A stretch of 64,000 nt of DNA from the NCBI RefSeq assembly GCF_036588685.1, contig NC_086376.1, forward strand, positions 37,324,001 through 37,388,000, given 5' to 3'. Within the stretch, counting starts at the first letter, position 1, and each line of letters begins with the position of its first letter. Source of the DNA: Mytilus trossulus. Its lineage: Eukaryota. Shown here piece by piece: positions 38,875 through 52,862 of the stretch. The position numbers were made by a program, and so were the translations under genes. The notes under the pieces are model-generated. The model was not told the origin of the DNA. It made no database searches and worked only from the letters and a program-made list of their open reading frames with translations.

Positions 38875-40506
38875 AACAAGGGGCTCTCAAGAGCCTGAAT
38901 CGCTCACCTTAATTCTTTTGGTTAAATCTCTCATCAATGATTATTTTGGCTTTTCAATTTATTTAAATGTTCTTTGGATCGTCCTATTTTCTTCAAAAGC
39001 CAAACAAAATAATCATTTTCTCCTATGTTCTATTTTAGCCATAGGAGCTGTTTCTTGACATACAAGGAAATAAAATATAAAATGTATACTAGAAACTCTG
39101 AAACTCATTTAGCCTAAGTTTGGCTGAAATTGATACAGCAGTTTCAAAGGAGAAGATTTTTTAAAGTAAGTCAACATGATGAACAAATTGTGAAAAAAGT
39201 CTTTAAAGGGCAATAACTCCTTAAGGGGTCAATTGACAATTTTGGTCATGTTGACTTATTTGTAGATCTTACTTTGCTGAACATTATTGCTGTTACAGTT
39301 TATCTCTTATCTATAATAATATTCAAGATAATAAACAAAAACAGCAAAATTTCCTTAAAATTATAAATTCAGGGGCAGCAACCCAACAACAGGTTGTCTG
39401 ATTCATCTGACAATTTCAGGGCAGATAGATCTTAACCTGATAAACATAATAACCCCATGTCAGATTTGCTCTAAATGCTTTGGTTTTTGAGTTATAAGCC
39501 AAAAACTGCATTTGACCCCTATGTTCTATTTTTAGCAATGGCGACCATGTTTGTTGATAGATCAAAACTTCGGATACAATTTACAAACAAGAAACCCTAA
39601 GGAACATTCAGTTAAAGTTTAGAAGTATTTGGCCCAGTAGTTTCAGAGGAAAAGATTTTTGTAAAAGATTACTAAGATAATTTACGAAAAAATGGTTAAA
39701 AATTGACTATAATGGGCAATAACTCCTAAAGGGGTCAACTGACCATTTCCGTCATGTTGACTTATTTGTAAATCTTACTTTGCTGAACATTATTGCTGTT
39801 TACAGTTTATCTCTTATCTATAATAATATTCAAGATAATAACCAAAAACAGCAAAATTTCCTTAAAATTACCAATTCAGGGGCAGCAACCCAACAACGGG
39901 TTGTCTGATTCATCTGAAAATTTCAGGGCAGATAGATCTTGACCTGATAAACAATATTACCCACAAGTCAGATTTGCTCTAAATGCTTTGGTTTTTGAGT
40001 TATAAGCCAAAAACTGCATTTGACCCCTATGTTCTATTTTTAGCAATGGCGACCATGTTTGTTGATAGATCAAAACTTCGGATACAATTTACAAACTAGA
40101 TACCCTAAGGAACATTCAGTTAAAGTTTGGAAGTATTTGGCCCAGTAGTTTCAGAGGAGAAGATTTTTGTAAAAGATTACTAAGATTTACGAAAATGGTT
40201 AAAAATTGACTATAAAGGGCAATAACTCCTAAAGGGGTCAACTGACCATTTCCGTCATGTTGACTAATTTGTAAATCTTACTTTGCTGAACATTATTGCT
40301 GTTTACAGTTTATCTCTATCTATAATAATATTCAAGATAATAACCAAAAACAGCAAAATTTCCTTAAAATTACCAATTCAGGGGCAGCAACCCAACAACC
40401 GGTTGTCTGATTCATCTGAAAATTTCAGGGCAGATAGATCTTGACCTGATAAACAATATTACCCACATGTCAGATTTGCTTTGCTTTGGGCCAGGTGAGC
40501 TAAAAA
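38875..40506. mobile_element. Helentron-associated (HINE-like) element with about 3 tandem copies of a unit of about 505 bp
   Basis: AACAAG start, sub-terminal inverted repeat GCTCACCT/AGGTGAGC, TAAAAA end. AGGGGCAGCAACCCAACAAC at 39371, about 39878 and 40380. Confidence 0.75.
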
Positions 40507-40854
40507 TGTGATGTGGTTGCCAATGAGATAACTCTCCACAAGAAACCATAATGACACAGAAATTAACAATTATAGGTCACCTTACAGCCTTCAACAAAGA
40601 GCAAAGGTATGTTTACTTCATGCAAATATGTTTACTCCTTAGAAAAAAAAAAAAAACTTGGAGAATATGTAAACAAATTTCAACACAACCCTGTTGCATT
40701 AAAAAGGAAAGAGTATACCACTGCAGAAGATTCATTATTATTTACAGCTTTGAACTGTAAATGCGGTACTTTTTGTGTTTGTTAATTATTGCCATTTTTA
40801 AGTAATGAAACAAATTGCCAGATTAATAATTCAATCTCCTTTATTATCCTGCTT

Positions 40855-43800
40855 ACAAGAGATGCTATAAACATAAACCAGATGCTCCACAGGGCGCAGC
40901 TTTATACGACGGCAGAGGTTGAACCCTGAACGGTTGAGGAAAGTATGGACACAACATTCAAGCTGGATTCAGCTCTAAATTTGGATTGTGATTAAATAGT
41001 TGACACAGCATAGGTTTCTGACACAGAATGAATGTGGTCTAATGACCTTAAAATTTTTTTTGCCTTTGAGCAATTCACTATGCTGTTGAATAATAATCCT
41101 CTTAAAAAAATATTTGAAGAAATTTCATTTTTATTTATGAAATCTGAAATGAGAAAAACTTTCCCTTATTCCAAAACTGATCTCAATTCAAATTTCTAAT
41201 GGAGTTTGCAACAATAACTAATTATTTAAATACATCATAAAATATTAAAATGTAAAAAAAAAGTGCTTGTTATCACTGAATGGTAAAGATTGTTTTAATT
41301 TATCAGTTGGTAGTAATGGTGAAAAAACATTGATTATTGTATAAAACAATGATTTAAGTTGATTCAACTACTATTCTGGACAAAGAAAGATAACTCAAAA
41401 TTACAAAGAATATTGAATATATCTTGCTATTGCACAAATATCTATTCTGGACAAAAAAAGATAACTCCAATTGAAAATTGATTGCTATTGCACAATATGG
41501 TGAAATTAGATATTTCTTGCTATTGCGCTATACTGTCAATTGAAAATATCTTGCTATTGCACAAATATCTATTCTGGACAAAGAAAGATAACTCCAATTG
41601 AAAATTGATTGCTATTGCACAATATTGTGAAATCAGATATTTCTTGCTATTGCCCAATACTGTCAATTGAAGATTTCTTGCTATTGAACAATACTGTACA
41701 ATTGAAGATTTCTTGCTATTGCTGAATACTGTGCAATTGAAAATTTCTTGCTATTGCACAATACTTAATATAATAATTTTGAATCCTGATTTGGACCAAC
41801 TTGAAAACTTTGCCCATAATCAAAAATCTAAGTACATGTTTAGATTCAGCATATCAAAGAAGCCCAAGAATTTAATTTTTGTTAAAATCAAACTTAGTTT
41901 AATTTTGGACCCTTTGGACCTTAATGAAGACCAATTTGAAAACGGGACCAAAAATTAAGAATCTACTAATACAGTTAGATTTGACATATAGACCATAATT
42001 TGCTATTGGGCTCCATTTCCTACAACTATAGAAAAGTGATAAAATGTGAATTACTGTAAGAAAAGTTGCAACTACATCTAAAGATGCCATTATTTTTATC
42101 AACATACAAGTGTATGCTACTCTTCCCTAGAAAAAAAATTAAAATATACGAATTTCAAAGATTCTACAACCGTATTTTTGTGGCGTTTCTCGCGTTACTT
42201 TTTGCTTACGAAGAGCATAACGCTGACTGATTTATAGATAATCGTCACCGGCAAATTCGTAGCTTTTGCTTTCAAATAACAAAGAACATCGACCAATAAG
42301 AATAATGAGAAGAAAATGCAGAGAACTATAAGTATTTATGTAGCAGATGTAAGAACAGTGGCGTGATTTTTGTGTCCGATTTCGTAACACAATTTTTAGA
42401 TGATGTAATCTGCTTTGTTGTAATAGAATTCTTAAAAACAATATGCAAATATGAACTCTCGCGAGATGTTCAAACAGGTAAATCCGAGATGATTTACATT
42501 CTTATTTTGATCTTCGTAATAATTAAGTAAGAATATTACGTTATCGTTATGCGTAACATTTCACACGAAACAGAAGTCCAGTTATTTATTAAAATTGTTT
42601 TTGTCCTTAAGTTCTAATCATTTCCGGTCATACGTGAAACATGTGACTAACAAGTGATAACGCCATTACGGCCGAATGTACGAAATACTAGGTCTAAACA
42701 TTGTTTTTGTTTCCAACGGGATGTTAGCAAACATAATCTTTAGACTTGTTTCGTCTTGTTTAAAAGAGGAAAATACAATTGTGAAAGAGATTGCACCGGT
42801 GGTCTATTATTTTCCTATGTGCATAATGTTACATACGATCCTGTGTGAAAATAAATGCCCAATGACTTGACAAAATCGATTTCATATTTGACAGACGTTA
42901 GAACACACTTCGTTTCCTAATAATGACGTGAAGAGTCCTTGGAAAAATCAATCGAAATTACGTCTCTTATCATTGTACCAATGTTCGTTGGATTGATTTA
43001 ACTTCAGCAGTAAATATTACTGGATATTTTAGGTGAATAAATATAATTTAATAAAAAATACATGTTAATATACCGTTACACTTAGAATGTACAAAGTTGG
43101 AATCTTTGTCACAATTTTTAATTAATATGTTTTATTCATGTTCTGCAAACACTTATCAGAAACGCAAAAAACTTGTCAAAGGAGAAGTAAACTTTTACCA
43201 TGCATGACTTGAAAGGAAGTACTTTATTGATTTTAGCCCACTAAAGTAGGTTAAAATGTGGAAACCATGTAGATGGTGTACAGTTCACAAGTATCACATT
43301 GTTCCTATTTTAAAGATTTTAATTCCAAGTTAAAAGTTTTTTTCTTTACTGGATTTAAAGAATGTTACATTGCCAATGATTTGGAATAAATTGTATATAA
43401 CTGGAATATCAAAACCAAATATAAATATATTTTTTTGGCTTAAACATCAAGATACAACGATTATGGTATTCTGTATCAATGAATAAAATATGGAAAATTC
43501 TGAATAAATTGTACTAATTGTTTTCAAAACAAGCACATATTTAGGAGTTTTATAATACTGTTACATTTAAGATGGATTTTAAGAAAAAGTTTACTGTTCA
43601 GATTATTTTAAGCAGATTTTGCAATAAAATAAAACTAAAAAAATGCTTTCGGTTTCTTATGGTTTCCTGTCAGGTTTAAAAAAAACTTTAATATAACATT
43701 GAAAATAGATTTTAAATATTAACATGAAGCAAGTTACACTAGTAATGGTGTTTATTTATGCCTTTTGAATTATATTGTGCAAAATAAAGAAAATAAAGAT

Positions 43801-44856
43801 TGGTTTCCTGTTTGGTTTCATGTCACGTAAACAGTGAATCAAAATGTATTATTTTTTTCTCGAAAAACTCAATTGTTCCATTCATACTATTCTAACACCA
43901 ACACACCCCACAAAATAAAAGTTAAAATTTTAGAACTTATAAAAAAGGATACAAAAAGAAACCAAAGGCCGAATACCAAATTATGGTCCATATCAAAGAA
44001 CCCCAATTATTCAATTTTTGATGAAATCAAACAAAGTGTAATTTTGGACCCCTATTTGGACCAATTTGAAAACTAGGCCAATAATAAAAAATCTAAGTAC
44101 ATTTTTAGATTCAGCATATCAAAGAACCCCAGAGATTCAATTTTTGTTCAAATCAAACTAAGTTTAATTTTGGACCCTTTGGACCTTAATGTAGACCAAT
44201 TTGAAAACGGGACCAAAAATTAAAAATCTACATACACAGTTAGATTCAGCATATCAAAGAACCCAAATTATTCAATTTTTGATGAAATCAAACAAAGTTT
44301 AGTTTTGGAACCCTTTATTCCCAAACTGTTGGGACCAAAACTCCCAAAATCAATCCCAACCTTTCATTTGTGTTCATAAACCTTGTGTTTAAATTTCATT
44401 GATTTCTATTCACTTATACTAAAGTTATTGTGCAAAAACCAAGAATAATGCTTATTTTGGTCCTTTTTTGGCCCCTTTTTCCTAAACAGTTAAAACAAAA
44501 AATCCCAAAATCAATCCCAACCTTCCTTTTGTGGTCAAAAACCTTGTGTCAAAATTTCATAGATTTCTATTTACTTAAACTAAAGTTATAGTGTGAAAAC
44601 CAAAAAAAAGCTTATTTGGGCCCTTTTTGGCCCCTTATTCCCAAAATATTGGGACCAAAACTCCCAAAATCAATCCCAGCCTTCCTATTGTGCTCATAAA
44701 CCTTGTGTTATAATTTCATAGATTTCTATTATTTTTTACTAAAGTTAGAGTTGGAAAACTAAAAGTATTCAGACGACGACGATTACGACGACGACGACGC
44801 CTACGTGATAGCAATATATGACGAAAATTTTTTCAAATTTTGCGGTCATATAAAAA
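40855..44856. mobile_element. Second HINE-like element with internal minisatellites, split by an insertion at 41990-43989
   Basis: ACAAGAG start. TTCTTGCTATTGCACAATA array of about 35 bp (41380-41765). GCATATCAAAGAA..CC repeats continue across the insertion. (GAC)n and TAAAAA end. Confidence 0.65.
41990..43989. mobile_element. 2.0-kb non-autonomous TIR DNA transposon nested in a HINE (Sola1-like target duplication)
   Basis: TIR GACCATAATTTG.TATT.GGC at both ends. ATAT is duplicated from the host motif CAGCATATCAAAG. No convincing ORF. Confidence 0.7.
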
Positions 44857-46310
44857 TTGTGAGTTCATCATTTTTGCATTACCTATTCCGTTGAAAAGTT
44901 AAATATTTAGAAATTTCGGAAGTAACAGTACTGGTATATTAAAATATGTGATGTAACTCTGACATGCATTCAACAATTATCCATTATGAATTAAGGTCAA
45001 AGTCATTACAACCATTTTGGTCTTTATCATTTAAAATTAATTTAGTGGTCCTTCTCAGACCTTAAAAGTCATTGCAGACAGTTAACATATCTCTACTGGA
45101 TATGATTTTGACCTTCAACAAATGACCTTACTTAGGAAATGGGCAACTGTGTAAAGTATCGCTATGAATATTCAAATAGACAAATATCTCTGTTACCTTC
45201 ATTCAAAACAAATGACCTTGACCTTTTTTGGATTGGGACAACCACTGACTCAAGGCAATTATAATTGAAATAATAACTTTAAAGATGGTTCTGAACCTGA
45301 AAAGAACACATGGAAGACACTAAAACAAGTTGATGATGTGATGCATCTATAAATAAACCCGTAACTTCTTACATGGGTGTGTATGAGCTTATTAATAATA
45401 AGCTATATTAGTAATAAGCTTATTACACAGTGGTACAAAAACTCTTTATATAACAAATCCATTGCCTAAGAATTCCACATGTAGCAAGCAGTGGCAGATC
45501 CAGAACTTTTCATAAGGGCCCCCTCCCCCCACGGATCCCCCTATGGCAAGGAATCTGTAAGAATTCTGAAAGTATGTTAGGATAATACATGTACAAATGT
45601 ACTTGCAAAACTTGGAATCAACTAGTAACAATTGGATGTCCTCTTTTGAATTACTTTTGCCAAATTTAATTCTATAAAACATTTAACACAACATTTAAAT
45701 ATTATCATTTTACTGCTACTATCTTCAACCCTATGCTAGCTTGGCCTTGATGTACAAAATGATAAAATCAATGTAATAGGATAGAAACCAATAATGTTAT
45801 GAGATATCTAAACCTTCAGTCACTCTTTTGAGAGGAATGGAACAAATTTAAGCCGATGTTTCTCAAAAGATTTGAAAAATGCAGGCTTGGTCTTTTATAT
45901 ACTGTTTATCAATAAATTTTAATCCAGCTGGTAGCATTCTTGATAGTTGTCTGGTTCCCCAATAGCAACAAGGATTTCAGATGCTCAAGGACATGTGCAG
46001 CTTCTTAGTAGTGTCCTTATTTCACCCTAAACAAAGGGGATACAAAATGCTGATTGACAGAATTTACCAAATCAAACAATTAATCTACAGGCCCAGTTAC
46101 AGTAGCTTTCCAAGACGGTGATGTTATATGCTGACTGGGTCATATTGTTTCTTGTATCTAATGGGTAAGTAGTTTTCTGGTTCCCCTGTACACAGCCAGA
46201 CATTATAGATGGTATGGGAAGGATGCAGTTTATTTTACCTCATGGCAAAGAACTAAATCCCTCCCACTTGACAGAAACTGGATGATTAAAGGAAAGATAA
46301 TTATTCTTAC

Positions 46311-46471
46311 CTGATAGCCTGGTAGAGTCCTGATTCCCTCCACCACAGCTAGGGATGTTAGATGCTGCAAGAAGGATGCTGCCTTTCCTAAATGGCTGCT
46401 TAATGGAAGGCACACATGTATGGTAAACATAGCACAACCAGCAGGACTCAACCATAAATTATCTCCCCTAC
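46311..46471 (-). CDS. HLCS: HLCS coding exon 8 (GRGDNLWLSPAGCAMF...LAVVEGIRTLPGYQ)
   Basis: Acceptor TTGTAG|GT, donor CAG|GTAAGA. GRxxNxWxSP motif of biotin-protein ligases. Confidence 0.95.
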
Positions 46472-46934
46472 CTACAAATAAAAAAGATACCAATTGACCT
46501 AATGATAACAAGCATTCTGAGAGTATTGCATGGCAAAACATAGTCCCCTACTTGTTGAAATTGCATTGTACTGGAACAAAATGCTAACTTGTTCTATCAC
46601 TTGTCATAGTGTAACTATATAACAAATATCAGATTAATATCTTAAAGCATGATGAAGAAAAGTGTGGACAACTGATTATGCAAGTGAATTTTTCAAGGAC
46701 CATAACTCTGCACAAAACGATCAGACAGAAACAAAATTCATACTTGTTCTGTAACTTGTCATGATTAAACAATATACCAATTATGAAATAAATATCTTCA
46801 AGATTGGAAAGAAAAAGTGTGAAAAACTGATTCATTGAGTCATTTTCATTAAGTCCAAGGACCATAACTCTGCTCATCATAATCTGACTGGAAGAAAACT
46901 TGATTTTAATCTGTAGCTTGTCATAATAAAATGC

Positions 46935-47670
46935 TCTCCTTAGCTCAGCCTGATATGACAGCAGAGGTTGAACCCTGAACCACTAGGGCAAGTTCGGACA
47001 TAATATTCAAGCTTAATTCTGTCTGAATTTGGATTGTAAAAGTGTAAAGCAGGGGTTTTTCGCGGGTGTGTTTACTTTTGCTTATTTTGGCGGATAAGGG
47101 GAAATCGCAAATATAGTGCAAAACTGTGACATGGGATATTTCTTCTTGAAACTTTTCAAAAAATTTTAAATTTCAGAAATTTGAAGAATATAATCTTGTA
47201 CAGTGTAGTACAAGTTTAGAGACATCTGTTCACTTAGACACAAGTTATTGACTGAAAACTAGAACAATATTTGCTTTTTGCCTTTTTTGGCCACTAATTC
47301 CTGCATGTTTGGTGCAATTACCCCCAAACTCAATCCCAGCCTTCCCTTTGTGATATGGAACCTTGTGGTACAATTTGAGAGAGATACATACACTTACACA
47401 CTAGTTATAGTCCAGAAACTACAAAAATGCTTGTTTTGGCCCCTTTTGGAACCTTAATTCCTAAATTGTTGGTACCATAACCCCCATAATCAATCCCAAC
47501 CTTTTTTTGTTTGTTGTATTGAACCTTTTTGGTAAGATTTCATAGAGATCCATACATTTTAACTAAAGTCATTGACTGGAAACCAAATATGTCTTCTGAT
47601 AACGATATAGACGACTACAAAGCTGACATCATAGCCATATACGAACTCACAAAAATTTTGCAGTTAGACA
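46935..47670. mobile_element. Diverged copy of the 40855 HINE family
   Basis: Shares GCAGAGGTTGAACCCTGAAC and the CAATCCCA.CCTT repeats. Confidence 0.55.
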
Positions 47671-47939
47671 ACAACACAATATACCAAATAACAACTTAAT
47701 ATCTTCAAGCTTAGAGAAAAAACCATTTGCCGGGCTGACAGTTGGACAAACAGACAGAAGACAGACAAACAGACTTTTATGGCATAAAATCAGTAAGAAT
47801 TTCATCTTCATTGGCCCTTCTTTAGTTTTAATACTACAGACAGTTATGCCACACCTTTCCTCAAATCCTGGATCGCCCCTTGCTAATTTTTTTCTAATCG
47901 ATGTTTGAATCAAATATCATACATAAGAAAATATCATTT

Positions 47940-48380
47940 AACTAGAGGCTCTAAAGTGCCTGTGTGGCTCACCTAAGCTTGGTCTATATTAATATTCAAG
48001 ATAAAAACCAAAAACAGCAAAATTTCCTTAAAATAACCTATTAAGGGGCAGCAACCCAACAACGGGTTGTCCGATTTATCTGAAAATTTCCCCCGTGTCA
48101 GATTTGCTCTAAATGCTTTGGTTTATGAGTTATAAGCAAAAAACTGCATTTTACCCCTATGTTCTATTTTTAGCCATGGCGGCCATCTTGGTTGGTTGGC
48201 CGAGTCACAGGACACATTTTTAAACTAGATACCCCAATGATGATTGTGGCCAAGTTTGGTTTAATTTGGCCCAGTAGTTTCAGTGGAGAAGATTTTTGTA
48301 AAAATTAACGACCCGGACAACGGACGCCAAGTGATGAGAAAAGCTCACTCTTGGCACTTTGGGCCAGGTGAGCTTAAAAT
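47940..48380. mobile_element. Short copy of the 38875 HINE family
   Basis: GCTCACCT ... GGGCCAGGTGAGC ends, with the shared internal unit. Confidence 0.7.
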
Positions 48381-48475
48381 GTGTGCAGTTTGTTGTCTCA
48401 TACATTTAAATGACCTTGTGAAATTTTGAATGATGTTGTTCTCAAAAGATCTACTACAAAGAAAACGTTTATTAC

Positions 48476-48543
48476 CTTGGCCTTTTGTCTGGACAGATGA
48501 AATGGTTATCAGACCGTTGTTGTCTGGACAGGAAAACTGTAAG
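48476..48543 (-). CDS. HLCS: HLCS coding exon 7, 68 nt (SLQFSCPDNNGLITISSVQTKGQG); absent from the ORF track
   Basis: Acceptor TTACAG|C, donor G|GTAAT, phase 2/1. Supplies the QTxGxG half of the biotin-binding loop. Confidence 0.9.
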
Positions 48544-48622
48544 CTGTAAACAACCAGTCATAATCATTAAATACTTAGTCTGAATAAATGCCATTTATAT
48601 TTTATTGCAACTATTCCTGGAC

Positions 48623-48743
48623 TAGCTGTGGAACCGTAGCTCTTAAGTCCTTACGCTATTTTTTTACTATTTGAGGACCATAGATAGTCCGCAAATAGTA
48701 AAAAAAATAGCGTAAGGACCTAAGAGCTACGGTTCCGCAGCTA
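48623..48743. mobile_element. Palindromic MITE (Academ-like TAG...CTA ends)
   Basis: Near-perfect 121-bp hairpin. Imperfect 9-bp flanking duplication TTCCTGGAC/TTCTTTGAC. Confidence 0.7.
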
Positions 48744-50485
48744 TTCTTTGACCTACTGGCTTTTAATTTTTCTGTTTGATTTGATTAGATAGATTCATTT
48801 ATATCATTTAAATAAAATAAATCAGTTACAATTTATAACAAGAATAAATGTATCTGTTTACCATTACAGTTGTCTATTCTAAATTGTTTGGTTGCAGTCC
48901 TATTCAAGTTTACCTAACACCTTTCATTCATTGCAACATCAAAGCAATTCTACCCAATGTTCTATTACTATTTCAATTTATACAATATAAACATGCAATT
49001 TTATTTTTGTAATTACCTTTAGTGTCAGGATATATGCATGATGATTTATATTTTAATTTTTTAGATGTATTTCAAAGACAGTTTGGTATGAAAGCTCATT
49101 CAAAGTTCATTTGCTGAAATTTATAAACTACTGTTCCATTCCGCTATTTTCATTATTTAACTGATGCATACACAATTGCAATCCTATCCAAAGAAAGATA
49201 ACTGTTGCCACTTAACTAAATAACTCCACTATGTGAATAAAATAATATTATTGTACTGTGAAAAAAGATATGAAATCGTTATAGAAATGACTTGAGAAAT
49301 AGCACGTGAAAACACAGTGATCAGATGTTAAAGCATCTATATATTAAAAATAGTGATCACCTAGTTCAAAGAATGAACAATATGAAGGACATATATAATC
49401 ATATTTATATAAATAATGTGATGTTGAATGATTGCCAATGAGGTACTTATCCACAAGATTGCTTGAAATGACATACACAAATGTCCATACAATTTCACAG
49501 GTACTCCTATTTGAAAGAAACTCATCATTATTTGTAGTTTAATAAATGAACATTGAATAACAAAAAAAAATATGGCCACACATTTTATTTAATGAATGGC
49601 ACTTTTTAAAAAGCTGAAGTTATCAGTAATTTGTGGGCTTCTAAATTTTACTTCCAATGTTCTGTTGGATAATAAAAATTCATAGTATCTTTAAACAGGA
49701 AGTGGAACCGGAGAGGACAAACTTTGGAATCCAAACCGATACCGCTAAATGCCCAGTTGTATTCCTGGTAGAGGAAAGCCGAAAATCCTACGATAAAGGA
49801 TCTCGGAAAGAAACTACCGATCCATTAGGGGAACAGCTAAAACACTCAGACATAAAATAGATTGGTCTGATAGTTTCCCACATGGAAACTACTAATGGAT
49901 CCCATCTGACTACATGTCTCAATCAAACCTGAAAATATCTGCAGAAACCTTTCTCAACAAATAAATATAATCCAAATCATAAAATATACGATGTAAGGAT
50001 AATAATATTTATCCATGAAATCAATTTGACAAAACAATTTCATTATAATCAATGATGTTGAAGGATTGTCTCTGCAAACATTTTCACGTCCGCTCTCATC
50101 GGCATGCTCGATTCATCATATTCACAAACCAATTAAATAAACTATGTTACTTTCCAATGACTCTTTCATCATGTTAATTGTGTAATGTTGTTCAGTTCAT
50201 TAAAAAATTTTGGAAGTTATTTTTTTAAGTCGAAATATTGCCATTCACTCGTAATAACAAATCGATATTGACCATCGGTAATGACCATAAGTATAAAATG
50301 TGTTTATTATAGTTTTGACAATTAAGTAAAATTAACTAGGTGAAACTTCTAATTTTTATTTAGCTTATCTTTTTATTATAATATAATAATAAAATTACCT
50401 ATATGATAGCGTCCTTTTGATTAACGGTCATTCCATATGAAGAGTTTAGAAGTATTAAAAGTAAACTGTAACAGAGTGTTAATTA

Positions 50486-50561
50486 CCCCGACCATATGAG
50501 TATATACCCATATGGTCATGACCATACGCGTATGGTCCAAATACTCATATGGTCCGGAACA
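50486..50561. repeat. Nested palindromic GACCATA/TATGGTC cluster, probably a DNA transposon end
   Basis: GACCATATGAGTAT...GACCATACGCGTATGGTC...ATACTCATATGGTC. Confidence 0.55.
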
Positions 50562-50889
50562 TAACCAGTATAAAAACATATTGTTGCAGTGAAAATTGAC
50601 TTCTGAAGTAAGCACAAAGTGAAGGTAGGGGGTAGTACAGAATTTGAGTACATACATGTTTAAACTCTTATTAATTCAGGAAATATGAATGTTGAAACCA
50701 TGCCATATTCCATTCTAGGATATAATTCTTTTATGAAACTTCATGTTAAAGTGGCAGTTTTAGCCAGAAAGGGAGTTCCCATGGAAAATTGCATTGTCTA
50801 TATTTACAGAAATGCAACCTATAGTTAATAACAGTAATGCACCAAACAGCTTGCAAACAACACAAAAATCTATTAAAGAAAAAAAATAC

Positions 50890-51149
50890 CTTTCTAAAAC
50901 AGGCATTGTAGAATGTATAACATCTGTATAAAACACAGTGTTTCCCAATCTTTTTGTTGACAAATTCTTCCAGTACAAAGCCTCGTTGAATGGAATTTTC
51001 CCTGGGTCACTGGAAACAACAGGAAGTAAATCCTTTGTTGCCAAAACAACCTCTCCAGGTGAGATGAATTTCAAGGTCAAACTTGTAGATTTAAGTTTTC
51101 CTTCAGTCAGACGCTTCTCAATACTGGACATGATGGAAGACTTAAGATC
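50890..51149 (-). CDS. HLCS: HLCS coding exon 6 (DLKSS...NLSTKRLGNTVFYTDVIHSTMPVLE)
   Basis: Acceptor CTGTAG|GAT, donor AG|GTATTT. 260 nt, phase 0/2. Start of the catalytic domain. Confidence 0.92.
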
Positions 51150-51858
51150 CTACAGAAAGGGAAGAGATTTTTTCTTTATTTTCCAAACTTATTTTTCATT
51201 TTCCAAGCTTTAGTCGTAGATGAATTTACAAATTTCATGCTAGTTTTTGGCTATTCTATTAGGTTCTTTGGTATTTGTTCTCATTAAGAAGGTATGAATA
51301 TTGCTATTTCTTATTATGGAGCATTCTAGTGTATAAATTTTACACTACATGTACATGTATTTTTAGCTTCAAGATAGATTGATATGAGATTGAGTATATT
51401 TCAATGAAAAGATATGAATGAAAATTTAACAAATTTGAAAGAAAGAATAGTAAAATAAATAAAGATGAAAATTAAACAAAATATCAAATACAAAATTTAG
51501 TGTATGGAGTAAATAAAAACATCAGAAGATCATAATGAGTATAAGTTCACATCATAAAAAGTGAAGCTATAAGAAAACAGGTAACTTTATCTTAAGCTGG
51601 AATTAAAAAGAATCAAATACCAAGATGACACTCTCAGACACAATCTGATTTACTTCCATTTAACCTTGAACGTTATGAGTGTTGTCAATCTTTATCCTTT
51701 ATATTAGGTGTTTGAGATTACCAGGTATTCTTTTTTTTCAAAATCTTAATAGTTCATAGTGAAAGCTACATAATGTTTAAGGGATGATGGTATGAGATCT
51801 CTTCAGTTTTGACTATTTTGAAGGCTGATGATGTCTGATCAACTGATTAATTTTATTA

Positions 51859-52132
51859 CAGCCAAATGACTTGAGTGTGTAGATAAAGGTTAAAGTTTTA
51901 GTGAGCTTGCTTGCTAGCTGACCCATGAAATCATCATAAGGTTAGGTATACTACCCTCATTTAAGAGTAGACTAATTGGACAGATAACCAATCTATCTAC
52001 CTGTAGGACTTAAGAACTGCGAAAGGAGGGTAGTTTACTTAAATGTAATAATGATTTCACGGTTCAGATAGCAAACAAGCTAACCAAAGATATAACCTTT
52101 ACCTAAACACTAGCTCTCAAGTCATTTTGCTG
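51859..52132. mobile_element. Old MITE with inverted arms of about 80 bp
   Basis: TA-CAGCCAAATGACTTGAG ... CTCAAGTCATTTTGCTG-TA. Confidence 0.6.
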
Positions 52133-52862
52133 TAAAAACTAGGGTAGTATTACATTTGTTTAAACTAAAAGGTAGGCTGGCATGTGTTATAACGCAAAAT
52201 TAACTAGGAAATATTTGTTGAATAATGTTTTTCAATAGATGTACAAGTAGGTATATACTTTTGTGAGGTTTACCTTGGTTATACCTAAGAATAAAGCTGG
52301 TAAAGGGTTTGTTTCAGTGTTAGCAAGAAATAGAAAAGAGGACTTTAATCTAAATATTATCAAGGAAATAGGATGGTCCAAACTTACAGGGATTTTAGGC
52401 CAAGAGGCAGGTTGCTGAGGGATTTATCTAGGATTAGTATAGCCTAGTGTGAGGTGTGCCTTATATTTTGCAGGATGAAGGCTTATGTGAGAATAACTTC
52501 AGTTTTAGAAATAAGGTAGAAGGTAGGCAGAGATTAACAATATTTCTAGTTAGAAAGTATGCTAGCATGAGATACAAATTTTTTACCTTATAATTTAGTT
52601 AGATAGTACAGTATCGGCAGGTGATAACATATTCTACGTTGTAGTATGAGATACAAATGAGGCTATCAGAGGTAGATTGATGAAAGACTTTTGGCTGGTT
52701 AGAATATACATCAACTATAGTGATTAAGTATGCAGCAATTTGCTGGTATATGATTTCTCTTTATTATTTTTAACCAAAAGGCAATACTATTTAAATTTTG
52801 GTTCTTATAATATTGGTCAGATATGATGGTATTAGGTTAACCTTAATCAAAGCAAAAAGATA

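Noticed and set aside
46091-46164. Plus-strand AG...GTAAGT exon-like segment
   Set aside because: Stops in all three frames and no other support.
46455-46471. G to D change in the biotin-binding loop (GQGRGDN vs human GKGRGGN)
   Set aside because: To my recollection this position varies among eukaryotic biotin ligases, and all other catalytic motifs are intact.
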